From assembly GCA_964491115.1 (NCBI GenBank), contig CAZBEW010000002.1:62-64061 (forward strand): 64,000 bases of DNA, written 5' to 3'. The translations under genes and the position numbers were made by a program. A model generated the notes under the pieces. That model was not told where the DNA came from, ran no database searches, and worked only from the letters and a program-made list of their open reading frames with translations. The stretch comes from an uncultured Pseudomonadales bacterium. Lineage in GTDB: Bacteria; Patescibacteriota; Microgenomatia; UBA1400; PJMF01. Shown piece after piece: positions 48,975-58,094 of the stretch. Positions within the stretch are counted from its first letter, which is position 1; each line of letters begins with the position of its first letter.

Positions 48975-50108
48975 ATGAGTCAATTATCAATTGGTATCGT
49001 TGGTTTGCCCAATGTTGGTAAATCAACTTTGTTTAACGCTTTACTGAAAAAACAGGTGGCGCTGGCCGCCAATTATCCCTTTGCCACGATCAAGGCCAAT
49101 GTGGGAGTGGTGGAAGTCCCTGATGAGCGTTTACAAGTTTTAGCCGACATTACCCATCAGGCTGAAAAATTAACTGCTTTGCCACCAATTAAACACGCTT
49201 TGGTGGAATTTATTGATATTGCTGGTTTAGTTAAAGGCGCATCTCAAGGAGAGGGCCTGGGCAATCAATTTTTAGCTAATATTCGTGAAACTCAGGCGAT
49301 TTGCCATGTGCTGCGTGCTTTTGATGATCAAAATGTCTCAAGAGAGAGCAGTGTTTCTCCCATTGAAGACTTACTGACGATTCGGACTGAATTGCAGTTA
49401 GCTGACTTAAATACACTCGAGAAACAAAGTCCGCCAAAGGGTTCATCTAGTAAAGCCGAACAAGAGCGTTGGTCGATTATTGAAAATTTCAAAAAAAGTT
49501 TAGAACAAGGGCAAAATGTTTTACCAACTGATGCTCAAACAAAGAAAAACAACTTTAGTTTAAACGAGGCTGAGGCCTTAGTTGCTCAAGAATTATGTAT
49601 GTTAACGGCTAAGCCAGAAATTTTTGTGATTAACGTTAATGAAGGGGATTTACTTAAAGCTCCCATGTTGCAGCAAGAGTGGGCTGTGCAACTCAATTTA
49701 TTACCTGAACAAATAGTCATTATTTCTGCTCAGATTGAGAGTCAGTTGGCAGTTTTAGACAAGGATGATCAGTTGGCTTATCTTCAAGACCTAGGTTTAA
49801 CAGAAAGTGGTTTGGAGCGCTTGGCAAAGGTTGCTTATGACACTTTAAATTTACAGAGTTTTTTAACGGCTGGTGAAATTGAGGTGAAGGCTTGGACAAT
49901 TACCAGGGGCATGACGGCTCGGCAAGCAGCAGGCGTCATTCACAGTGATTTTTATGATAAATTTATTAGCGCAAAAATCATTGGTTTTGCTGATTTTGTG
50001 AGTACTGGTGGCTGGCAAGGAGCTAAAGAAGCAGGAAAAATTCGTCAAGAAGGTCGAGACTATATTATGCAAGATGGTGACGTGGTGGAGTTTATGATTG
50101 GCCGCTAG
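48975..50108 (+). CDS. ychF: Redox-regulated ATPase YchF
   Basis: GLPNVGKST; ANYPFAT; DIAGLVKGAS.GEGLGNQFL; TGS domain. Confidence 0.96.
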   Translation: MSQLSIGIVGLPNVGKSTLFNALLKKQVALAANYPFATIKANVGVVEVPDERLQVLADITHQAEKLTALPPIKHALVEFIDIAGLVKGASQGEGLGNQFLANIRETQAICHVLRAFDDQNVSRESSVSPIEDLLTIRTELQLADLNTLEKQSPPKGSSSKAEQERWSIIENFKKSLEQGQNVLPTDAQTKKNNFSLNEAEALVAQELCMLTAKPEIFVINVNEGDLLKAPMLQQEWAVQLNLLPEQIVIISAQIESQLAVLDKDDQLAYLQDLGLTESGLERLAKVAYDTLNLQSFLTAGEIEVKAWTITRGMTARQAAGVIHSDFYDKFISAKIIGFADFVSTGGWQGAKEAGKIRQEGRDYIMQDGDVVEFMIGR

Positions 50109-50196
50109 TTTTCTAGACTATAGTCTTCCAGATTAAATAAATCAAAGGTATAGCGCATTTTTTGCTTGTAATTTTCAAGATTTTATACTAAAATAC

Positions 50197-50273
50197 CCTC
50201 TGAGTTCGCTAAATTTATTAATTATCCAAAGAAAAATTTGTTATCCGGCAATTTTTTCTGCGAACTAGAATGG
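50197..50273 (+). promoter_or_regulatory. Candidate structured leader of the rpsF-ssb-rpsR operon
   Basis: AGTTCGC (50203-09) pairs with GCGAACT (50260-66), enclosing hairpin 50230-50259; TAAAAT at 50189. Confidence 0.5.
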
Positions 50274-50668
50274 AACAGATGAATTTGGTCAAAAATTCTA
50301 GCCAAAGAAAATACGAAGTAACATACCTGGTTACAGGTGATCTTTTAGATGCTGATGTAGCAAAGATCCGTAAAGAAATTACTGATCTGATTGTTAAGCT
50401 GAAAGGTAAGGTTCTTGAAGAAGAAGATTGGGAACGCAAGCTCTTAGCTTACAAAATCAATCATAATGGTCAAGCTCATCATGAAGCAATTTTCACTCAT
50501 TTGCTGATTGAATTACTCCCAGAAAAACTAAAAAAATTAAATAAGGAGCTTGATTTGCATCGACAAATCATGCGCCATCTTTTGTTAGTTAATGAGGGTG
50601 ATAAGCCTGTAGAAAAGCCAGCTGTGGAAAAGAAAGCAAAAGCAGCAGACAAAACTGAAACAAAGTAA
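50270..50668 (+). CDS. rpsF: 30S ribosomal protein S6
   Basis: YEVTYL; W.RKLLAYKI; IMRHLL; first in rpsF-ssb-rpsR. Confidence 0.92.
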   Translation: MEQMNLVKNSSQRKYEVTYLVTGDLLDADVAKIRKEITDLIVKLKGKVLEEEDWERKLLAYKINHNGQAHHEAIFTHLLIELLPEKLKKLNKELDLHRQIMRHLLLVNEGDKPVEKPAVEKKAKAADKTETK

Positions 50669-50758
50669 GCAATTAATAAAATATAAGGGATTTTGTCAAT
50701 CAAAAAGTAATAATAAGATATTGTTAATGAAATAACTCTGTGATGGAGAAAGGAAAAA

Positions 50759-51268
50759 ATGTCAGTAAGATCTTTAAATAAAGTCATGTTAATTGGAAAT
50801 CTAACGAGAGATCCTAATTTAAGATTTACTCCCAATGGTACAGCCGTCTGTTCGTTTGGTTTAGCTACCAATCGTTCTTGGACCAGCAATGATAGTGGTG
50901 AAAAGCAAGAGCGAGTTGATTTTCATAATGTTGTTGCTTGGGGTAAATTAGCTGAAATCTGTGGTCAATTACTCCACAAGGGTGATAAAACTTATGTAGA
51001 AGGGCGCATTCAAAATCGTGATTGGAAAACCGAAGAGGGAGCTGAGCGTCGCATCACTGAAGTTGTGATCGACAACATGATGCTCTTAAGTAGTCGAGGA
51101 GGATATGCGGCTGATAATGTTGAAGGCGAAGAACAGCCTGATAAAAAAAGCAAAAGCAAATCAAGAGCTAAAAAAGATGAAGAAGAACTCGACTCTGAAC
51201 TAGAAGAAATCGCGCCAGCAACCGAGGGCGAAGAAGTCGAAGATGTCAGTGACGACATCCCTTTTTAA
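50759..51268 (+). CDS. ssb: Single-stranded DNA-binding protein
   Basis: NKVMLIGNLTRDP; C-terminal DDIPF. Confidence 0.97.
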   Translation: MSVRSLNKVMLIGNLTRDPNLRFTPNGTAVCSFGLATNRSWTSNDSGEKQERVDFHNVVAWGKLAEICGQLLHKGDKTYVEGRIQNRDWKTEEGAERRITEVVIDNMMLLSSRGGYAADNVEGEEQPDKKSKSKSRAKKDEEELDSELEEIAPATEGEEVEDVSDDIPF

Positions 51269-51291
51269 CAAACTAGATAAGGAAAGAATTA

Positions 51292-51468
51292 ATGAAACAA
51301 CAGTTTACTTATAAAAATCCAGATACCCTTCGTAAGTTTATTACGCCTTATGGTTCTATATTACCTCGAAGTAAAACTGGCTTAAGTGCTAAAGAGCAAA
51401 AAAAACTTAGCAAAGAAATCAAAAGAGCGCGTCATTTAGCTCTTTTACCGTTTACGCAAACGATGTAA
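51292..51468 (+). CDS. rpsR: 30S ribosomal protein S18 (58 aa; not in ORF track)
   Basis: [54 protein letters not shown]. Confidence 0.95.
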   Translation: MKQQFTYKNPDTLRKFITPYGSILPRSKTGLSAKEQKKLSKEIKRARHLALLPFTQTM

Positions 51469-51484
51469 TTAATTTGTTAATACT

Positions 51485-51513
51485 AAAAAAGCTAGTTTTT
51501 AACTAGCTTTTTT
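51485..51513 (+). terminator. Intrinsic terminator (symmetric) after rpsR
   Basis: AAAAAAGCTAGTT-TTT-AACTAGCTTTTTT. Confidence 0.85.
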
Positions 51514-51530
51514 AATGCCTAAGTTTTACA

Positions 51531-52877
51531 ATGGTTTCCCAGATGCCTAATATCGATCATACTGTGGAAGAATTTACTCAATCTATAGAAACCAATATGC
51601 CTAGAGAAAAACAAAACATTTTCAAAAAAATCATCAGCGTAATTGTGGCCTTATTAATCCTAGTTTTAGGTATTGTTCTTGGCTATCGTTACGCAATTGG
51701 CGCTTTACCGATTAAACTAAAGCTAGGATTTTTAGATAAAATCGGATTTTCCCAACAGAGAGAGGATTTTGCGCGCTTAGTGAAGAGTTCTGAACAAAAT
51801 GCGCCAGTTTCCATGGATGTTTTTTGGGAAGCTTGGCAGATAGTCGAACGCGACTATATCGATCCAAGCAAGGTTGATTACAATAAAATGATTGATGGGG
51901 CTATTCAAGGCATGGTTTGGGGGCTTGAAGACCCTTATACAACCTATTTATCTCCAGCAGATAACGAAAAGGCAGGTGAAGATTTGGCAGGTAGTTTTTA
52001 TGGGGTTGGTATTGAACTTGGTTATATTGATGGGGTAGTAGGCGTGATTGCGCCACTCGCTGGTAGTCCTGCTGAGAAAGCGGGAGTCAAAGCTGGAGAC
52101 ATGATTTTGCAAGTCAATGATGCAGTAGCCAATTTAAACGAAGAAACTAGTGGTTGGACTTTAGACGAAGCGGTCCAAAAAATTCGTGGGCCAAAGGGGA
52201 CAAAGGTGAGTTTAACTTTGCGTCAGCCAGAAGAGAGTGAGAATCGAGAAGTGGAAATTGTCCGTGATGAAATTATTGTTGAGAGCGTGGTTTTAGACTT
52301 TATTACTCAAGGTGATAAATCAGTAGCTCATTTAAAACTGAGTCGCTTTGGTGATCGTACTCAAGGTGAGTGGGATGGGGCAGTGACAAAAATTCTTGAA
52401 AAATGGCACAAAAATGAAATCCAAGGCCTAATTTTTGATTTGCGTAATAATCCCGGTGGTTATCTTGATGCATCGATTAGTATTGCGAGTGATTTTGTTA
52501 AGTCGGGAACCATTGTGTCGCAGAAGAGCAAATATAGCCAAAAAGCTTATTCTAGCTCAGGTCGAGCAAAATTAGAGCAGGTGCCAACAGTTGTTTTAGT
52601 CAACAAGGGTAGTGCTAGCTCTAGCGAAATTGTGGCCGCGGCTTTGCGAGACGACAAGGGTATTAAGTTAATTGGTGAACAGACTTTTGGTAAAGGAACT
52701 ATCCAAGATCGACGTGAATTAAGCAATGGCGGTGGTTTACACGTCACTATTGGCCGCTGGTTAACGCCCAAGGGTGATTGGATCAACGACAATGGTTTGG
52801 CTGTAGATATCGAGGTCGCACAAGACTACGAAACCGAAGCCGATGAGGTTCTAGATCGGGCTATTCAAGAATTTTAA
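51531..52877 (+). CDS. ctpA: Carboxy-terminal processing protease (S41)
   Basis: TM; PDZ; DLRNNPGG; SASSSE; TFGKG; WLTP. Confidence 0.93.
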   Translation: MVSQMPNIDHTVEEFTQSIETNMPREKQNIFKKIISVIVALLILVLGIVLGYRYAIGALPIKLKLGFLDKIGFSQQREDFARLVKSSEQNAPVSMDVFWEAWQIVERDYIDPSKVDYNKMIDGAIQGMVWGLEDPYTTYLSPADNEKAGEDLAGSFYGVGIELGYIDGVVGVIAPLAGSPAEKAGVKAGDMILQVNDAVANLNEETSGWTLDEAVQKIRGPKGTKVSLTLRQPEESENREVEIVRDEIIVESVVLDFITQGDKSVAHLKLSRFGDRTQGEWDGAVTKILEKWHKNEIQGLIFDLRNNPGGYLDASISIASDFVKSGTIVSQKSKYSQKAYSSSGRAKLEQVPTVVLVNKGSASSSEIVAAALRDDKGIKLIGEQTFGKGTIQDRRELSNGGGLHVTIGRWLTPKGDWINDNGLAVDIEVAQDYETEADEVLDRAIQEF

Positions 52878-52905
52878 AGACTATTTAAACTATTTAATTT
52901 TTTGC

Positions 52906-52990
52906 TAATTTCTTGGCCCAAAATTGATTGTTTTCCTTTAATTTCTTGGCCCAAACTTGATTGTTTTCCTTTAATTTCTTGCTCCGAAAT
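52906..52990. repeat. 33-bp tandem repeat (2 full copies plus a partial)
   Basis: TAATTTCTTGGCCCAAA(A/C)TTGATTGTTTTCCTT at 52906 and 52939, partial at 52972. Confidence 0.9.
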
Positions 52991-52992
52991 AA

Positions 52993-54006
52993 TTATTTTT
53001 CTCGAGTTAAATAAGCTCTAAATTGAGCAATCACTTCATCTAATTTGCCTTCAAGAATTTCACTTAAATTATGCCAAGACTGTTTAATGCGATGGTCGCT
53101 TAAGCGATTTTGCGGAAAATTATAAGTTTTGATCTTTTCTGCTCGCATATTGCGACCAATATTTTTTCTCGCAGCACCGACGGCTGCCTGTCTCTTTTCT
53201 TCTTCAATTTCCCAAAGCTTAGCCCTTAAGATTTCTAAGGCAATTTGCCGATTTTGCGTCTGTTTGCGCTCACTTCTAGCTACCACCACAATTCCGCTGG
53301 GGATATGGGTTAAGCGCACTGCAGAGCTAGTTTTATTGACCGATTGTCCACCTGCGCCACTAGCGCGCATAAATTGTAACTCTAAGTCTTCATCTCTAAT
53401 TTCAATAGTTCTCGCATGAATTTCTGGTAAAACAGCGACTGAGGCAGTTGAGGTGTGTAATCTACCTTGAGCTTCAGTGACTGGTACTCTTTGTACTCGA
53501 TGCACTCCAGCCTCATAGCGCAAAACAGCAAAAGCACCCAGTTCTTCTACTTGATCAGTTTTAAGTAGTTCTTCAACTCCCTCATTATCGATTATTTGAA
53601 AAACTGGTAGCTCAGTTTTACCTTTCACTTTAAAAACTAAATCGTCAATGAGTTCAATTTGCAAATGGTGATCAAGACAAAATCTTTGATACATGCGCAT
53701 TAATTCATGTGCCCAGATTTTTGCTTCTTCACCTCCAGCTCCAGCGCGAATTTCCACAATGGCATTAGACTGGGCAACATTAGTTGTCAAATCTGCTCCT
53801 TCTTGATTGTTTCTGTCTTCAGCTAAAGCGGCTGCAGCTTGTTCCAAACTGGTTAATTCTTTTTTAATTTGCTCAATTTCCTCTAGAACTAACGCTTGCA
53901 TAGCCGAATCGGCAAAACTTGGGTCAGCCAGTAAACTTTGATTTTTCTGAAGTTTTTCTTGATATTCTGCAATGGCAGCTTGGTAAGGATTATTATTTTC
54001 AGTCAT
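52993..54006 (-). CDS. prfA: Peptide chain release factor 1
   Basis: EIRAGAGGEEA; HRVQRVPVTE (PxT); GAGGQ. Confidence 0.95.
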   Translation of the reverse strand: MTENNNPYQAAIAEYQEKLQKNQSLLADPSFADSAMQALVLEEIEQIKKELTSLEQAAAALAEDRNNQEGADLTTNVAQSNAIVEIRAGAGGEEAKIWAHELMRMYQRFCLDHHLQIELIDDLVFKVKGKTELPVFQIIDNEGVEELLKTDQVEELGAFAVLRYEAGVHRVQRVPVTEAQGRLHTSTASVAVLPEIHARTIEIRDEDLELQFMRASGAGGQSVNKTSSAVRLTHIPSGIVVVARSERKQTQNRQIALEILRAKLWEIEEEKRQAAVGAARKNIGRNMRAEKIKTYNFPQNRLSDHRIKQSWHNLSEILEGKLDEVIAQFRAYLTREK

Positions 54007-54074
54007 ATTTTTTATTTAATTATAGCGAAAAAGCCCTCCAATAGAGTGGCTGAATTTAATAAAAAGGGGATGAG

Positions 54075-54485
54075 CTAACTGTTTTTTTCGACAGTTTTAG
54101 CAGCGACAGCTTCGCTAGCTTGCTTAGTGCTTGATTCTGCTTTAACTTCTTTTGTTGCGGCAGCTTTTTTTTCTTGTTTGAGGTTTTCTTGTTGCTCTTG
54201 AAGAATTTGCTTGTAAGATTTGACTGGTTCATTACTTTTTTGAGTAATTTTTTTAGCAGCCTTTTTCTCTTTAGCAATCGCTTCGGCAGTGGCTCGTTTT
54301 TTAATAAACTTATCAACACGACCCTGGCGGTCAACAAACTTCATTTCTCCAGTAAAAAAAGGATGACAGGCACTACAAATATCAACACTAATGGTTTTAT
54401 TCATTGATCCTGTGGTAAAACTATTACCACAACTGCAGGTAACAACGCAGTCATGATGCCAGTTAGGATGGATAGCTTTTTTCAT
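54075..54485 (-). CDS. rpmE: 50S ribosomal protein L31 with long C-terminal extension
   Basis: [27 protein letters not shown]. Confidence 0.95.
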   Translation of the reverse strand: MKKAIHPNWHHDCVVTCSCGNSFTTGSMNKTISVDICSACHPFFTGEMKFVDRQGRVDKFIKKRATAEAIAKEKKAAKKITQKSNEPVKSYKQILQEQQENLKQEKKAAATKEVKAESSTKQASEAVAAKTVEKNS

Positions 54486-54532
54486 AACGAAGAGCAATTA
54501 TAGCACAAAAAAACTAGCTTCAAACAGAGAGT

Positions 54533-55777
54533 TTAATTATTGAGCTCTTTAATTAATTGCTCGATGTTTACCTGGGTTTGCTCGCCAGTTTTCATATTTT
54601 TTAGGCTAATAAAATTTTGTTTCAGTTCGTCTTCACCAATGAGAGCCACCCAGGGGATACTTTTTTCTTGAGCTAATTTAAATTGCTTGGCAATTTTGCT
54701 TTTTTCTAAAACTAGTTCACAACTGATATTGGCCATTCTTAATTGTTTTGCTAATTCTAAAGCTCTTTTTTGACAGCCAGCATCAGCAAAATAGCTAATT
54801 AAAACCTGGGCACTCGCTGCTTGTAGACCATCTCGTTCTTTAATGATTTCTACCACTCGATCAAAACCTAGACCAAAACCAACCGCTGGCAAATCAAGAC
54901 CGGCTAACTCTTTAACTAAATTATTATAGCGACCGCCGCCGCCTAAACTACCAAGTGCCGAATTGGGTAGTTTAGCTTCAAAAATTAGGCCAGTGTAATA
55001 ATCTAAACCACGCGCCAGTTTGGGATTAAATACTATGGCTGATTGGGGGACTCCTAAATCCAAAACTTTTTGTTCAATATCTATTAATAATTCAGATTTA
55101 GCAATCTTTTCAATCTTGAGAAATATTTCCTTGACGGCTGGTTGTGCCAAGCCCTTGCTCAACAATTCTGCTTCAACAATTTCGGGTTTTAATTTATCCA
55201 GCTTATCAATACTTTGAATGATAGATGCTACCGACACTTGATTTTGGGCATATTCTTGAAGATTTTCAACTAATAATTGACGATCGTTGATTTCAATTTT
55301 AACTTCATTTAAGCCCAAGCTTTGAAAAATATCATAAAAAAGGGCTAAAATTTCGGCATCGGCCAGAGTTGAATTGCTGCCAAAAACATCTGCATCGCAT
55401 TGCATAAATTCACGATATCGACCACGTTGTGGTTTATCTGCCCGAAAGACAGTTTGGATTTGATAGCGACGCAAATATTTGCCTAATTTATCTTGATAAT
55501 TAGCCAAAACACGAACGCTCGGGACAGTTTGATCATAGCGCAAACCAAGTTGACGATTGCCTCGATCAGTAAAGGTGTAGACTAACTGATCAGCCTCTTC
55601 ACCATATTTGCCCAATAATAAACTGGCATACTCAAGAGTTGGCGTTTCAAAAGGCAAAAAAGCAAAGCGCTTAAAGCTATCTTCGATAATAGAGCGTACT
55701 TTTTTTCTCAGTAAGGCTTCTGTTGGTAAAAAATCTCGGAAGCCTTTTGGTGTTTGTAATTGTTGATTCTTTTTCAT
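54533..55777 (-). CDS. hisS: Histidine--tRNA ligase
   Basis: PKGFRDFLP; LRYDQTV; GRYREF; RGLDYYTG; GGGRY. Confidence 0.97.
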   Translation of the reverse strand: MKKNQQLQTPKGFRDFLPTEALLRKKVRSIIEDSFKRFAFLPFETPTLEYASLLLGKYGEEADQLVYTFTDRGNRQLGLRYDQTVPSVRVLANYQDKLGKYLRRYQIQTVFRADKPQRGRYREFMQCDADVFGSNSTLADAEILALFYDIFQSLGLNEVKIEINDRQLLVENLQEYAQNQVSVASIIQSIDKLDKLKPEIVEAELLSKGLAQPAVKEIFLKIEKIAKSELLIDIEQKVLDLGVPQSAIVFNPKLARGLDYYTGLIFEAKLPNSALGSLGGGGRYNNLVKELAGLDLPAVGFGLGFDRVVEIIKERDGLQAASAQVLISYFADAGCQKRALELAKQLRMANISCELVLEKSKIAKQFKLAQEKSIPWVALIGEDELKQNFISLKNMKTGEQTQVNIEQLIKELNN

Positions 55778-55803
55778 AAATCCTTTAAGTATCTTTATTG
55801 TAC

Positions 55804-55828
55804 AAAAAATCCCCAGTCTTAGGGGATT
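55804..55828 (-). terminator. Attenuator terminator in the hisS leader
   Basis: Minus strand AATCCCC-TAAGACT-GGGGATT-TTTT, upstream of the hisS ATG. Confidence 0.85.
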
Positions 55829-55866
55829 AATTATGCAATTGCTTTTTAGTCAGCAAAACATCCCCC

Positions 55867-55917
55867 TTAGATAGGGAAGTGATGAGCGACTAGTACTTGA
55901 GCAATTGTTTTTTGCAT
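55867..55917 (-). CDS. His leader peptide MQKTIAQVLVAHHFPI
   Basis: 16-codon uORF with tandem CAT CAC, followed by GGGGGAT (antiterminator strand) and the terminator. Confidence 0.8.
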   Translation of the reverse strand: MQKTIAQVLVAHHFPI

Positions 55918-55926
55918 CAACACTCT

Positions 55927-55955
55927 ATTATATGTTTTTTAAGGCTAATAGTCAA
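55927..55955 (-). promoter_or_regulatory. sigma70 promoter of the hisS leader
   Basis: TTGACT-N17-TATAAT on the minus strand. Confidence 0.8.
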
Positions 55956-56016
55956 ATAAATATTTGCTATAATCCCTCTTAGGGTCTTTTAAAAATAAAA
56001 ATGATCTTTGAAAAAC

Positions 56017-56090
56017 GGGCCTGTAGCTCAGTTGGCTAGAGCGCTGCATTCGCATTGCAGAGGTCAGGGATTCGACTTCCCTCAGGTCCA
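56017..56090 (+). tRNA. tRNA-Ala(CGC), CCA not encoded
   Basis: Acceptor GGGCCTG/CAGGTCC with G3:U70; anticodon arm CTGCA-TTCGCAT-TGCAG; T-loop TTCGACT. Confidence 0.95.
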
Positions 56091-56093
56091 CTC

Positions 56094-56819
56094 TTAATCA
56101 ATTTCGGCCAAAGCTTTGATGCTGGTCGTTTGCCATTGCCCATCTGCTTTCTGTTTAGCAATAATTAGACATTGCAACTCTGGATAAAAGTCTTTGACAG
56201 TAATTTCCTCGCCATCGGCAGCAAGGTATTGCGTATCTTTATCTAACAGAAATGTTAAATTAGTTTCTCCTGTTCGAGAATCAAAAAGTAAATTGCTGGG
56301 ATAAATTTCCACAATTGCTCCTAGCATAATTTTGCGTTCAATTTTAGTAAAATCTTTATTGGTGACAACAATTCTCACCACTTTTGCGGTATTTTCCTGA
56401 AGAATGCTGTAAACCAGCACCCAATCATCAACCTCTATTTGGTCAAGAGAGATGGTCTTGTCTTCTTTAATAATTTCAAAATTTTCCGCGACTGGAATCA
56501 CTATCGACAATTGATCATTTAAAACCGTCAAAGTTTCGGCACTCACTCTTTTTACTTGAGCTAAATAGGCCTGTTTTTGATGATTTGTTTGCTGATTATT
56601 TTGCTCTAATTCAACTGTTTTATCTTGAAAAACTTTTTTAAGGTTTGAGATGGTTGATTCTTCACTCGCTTCTTTATCATTTTCTGTTTGAGCTTGAGTG
56701 CGATGACTTGGTTTAACGATTAATAAATTAATAAGCACAAACAGAGCTATTAGCGATAGATATAGCGGTAATTTATGAAATTTCTTTTGCTCAAAAATTT
56801 TTATTGCTTGCTTTTTCAT
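56094..56819 (-). CDS. Membrane-anchored hypothetical protein with two OB-like repeats
   Basis: N-terminal TM; repeated ISLDQIEVDDWV / ITVKDFYPELQC patterns. Confidence 0.7.
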   Translation of the reverse strand: MKKQAIKIFEQKKFHKLPLYLSLIALFVLINLLIVKPSHRTQAQTENDKEASEESTISNLKKVFQDKTVELEQNNQQTNHQKQAYLAQVKRVSAETLTVLNDQLSIVIPVAENFEIIKEDKTISLDQIEVDDWVLVYSILQENTAKVVRIVVTNKDFTKIERKIMLGAIVEIYPSNLLFDSRTGETNLTFLLDKDTQYLAADGEEITVKDFYPELQCLIIAKQKADGQWQTTSIKALAEID

Positions 56820-56848
56820 TTTTATTTTTCTAGATCTGATGCTTTATC

Positions 56849-57358
56849 TTAATTTTGTTTATCTTCTTCTACTGTTTCTTCATCTGGAGTTTGCTCGGTA
56901 TTTTCTTCCGCTTCTTGCTCAGAAAAGTCTTCATTTAAAAATTCTTCATCGACAATGACGGTTCGATCCACTCTTGTTAGCAAGCCATCTTGACTAATAC
57001 TATAAATAGATAAAACATTAGCGCCCTGGTCTAAGCGTATTTCTTTTGAAAAATTACCCGATTCATCAGCATTAGTAATTATTTCCAAATCATTAAGGGC
57101 AATGACCACTGAGTTATTAGCCTGGGTGTTGCCACTAACAATGAGTCTTTGACTATCGATAATTAAATTGTCTTCGGGAGAGGTGATGGCTAATTGACCG
57201 GAGCTTTCTTGTTCATCTGCAGTGTGACTGCTAATCACATCTTGCACCTGATCTTTTTGAGCATCACTCACGTTGCGCTGACTTCGATAAACAGCAAAAG
57301 TGATGAGAAGACCCAAACTGGCCCCAACTAGAATCGCTAAAAGAACTTCTTTCCGCAT
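56849..57358 (-). CDS. Membrane-anchored Ig-like-domain protein
   Basis: TM; ITSPED..VSGNT..ADESGNFS..L..GAN. Confidence 0.75.
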   Translation of the reverse strand: MRKEVLLAILVGASLGLLITFAVYRSQRNVSDAQKDQVQDVISSHTADEQESSGQLAITSPEDNLIIDSQRLIVSGNTQANNSVVIALNDLEIITNADESGNFSKEIRLDQGANVLSIYSISQDGLLTRVDRTVIVDEEFLNEDFSEQEAEENTEQTPDEETVEEDKQN

Positions 57359-57432
57359 AATTACTATTGTAATTGAGAGGTTATCCTATGTTAAATCTTG
57401 AAAAAAGTCAACTTTGCGGGTACTATGCGAGT

Positions 57433-58092
57433 ATGCAAATTACTTATTATGGTCATTCATGTTTTAAATTAAAAGGAAAAAGCGGCACGGTAGTCACCGA
57501 CCCCTACAGCGAAGAGGGGGTTTATGGTATCAGCATGCCTAAACTTTCTGCAGATATAGTCACGATTTCACATCAACATCGAGGCCATAATGCTATCGAA
57601 AAAATTAAAGGCGCGGTCAATCGCAAAAAGCCTTTTATTATTGATTTTCCTGGAGAGTATGAAGTGGGCGGCATCAGCGTCTTTGGAGTGAACACCTATC
57701 ACGATGAAGTAAATGGTAAAGAACGAGGCAATAACTTAATTTTTACGATTTTAATTGATGGGATCACTGTTTGTCATTTGGGCGATTTAGCCCATCCATT
57801 AAGTGAGGAGCAACTAAAAGATTTGGCCGCGATTGACGTGCTGTTTTTACCAGTTGGCGGTCCCAGCTCTTTAATGGGAGATGCTGCTGTTAAAGTGGCT
57901 CAAGCCATTAGCCCAAATTATGTAATACCCATGCATTATGCTGATCACGCCTATCCCAAAGATGCTCCTCTCAAGAGAATTGAAGATTTTTTTCAAGTTT
58001 ACGGAACGACAGCCGTAGCTGAGGAAAAATTAATCATTGAAAAGGATCGTTTACCAGAAGAAATGCAATTAGTAGTATTATCTCGTACTTAA
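57433..58092 (+). CDS. MBL-fold hydrolase (Lactamase_B_3-like)
   Basis: YYGHSCF; TDPY; SHQH; PGEYE; HLGD; PVGG; IPMHY. Confidence 0.9.
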   Translation: MQITYYGHSCFKLKGKSGTVVTDPYSEEGVYGISMPKLSADIVTISHQHRGHNAIEKIKGAVNRKKPFIIDFPGEYEVGGISVFGVNTYHDEVNGKERGNNLIFTILIDGITVCHLGDLAHPLSEEQLKDLAAIDVLFLPVGGPSSLMGDAAVKVAQAISPNYVIPMHYADHAYPKDAPLKRIEDFFQVYGTTAVAEEKLIIEKDRLPEEMQLVVLSRT

Positions 58093-58094
58093 AT

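Noticed and set aside
52906-52990. 33-bp repeats as a CRISPR array
   Set aside because: Copies are directly adjacent with no unique spacers, and no cas operon is present
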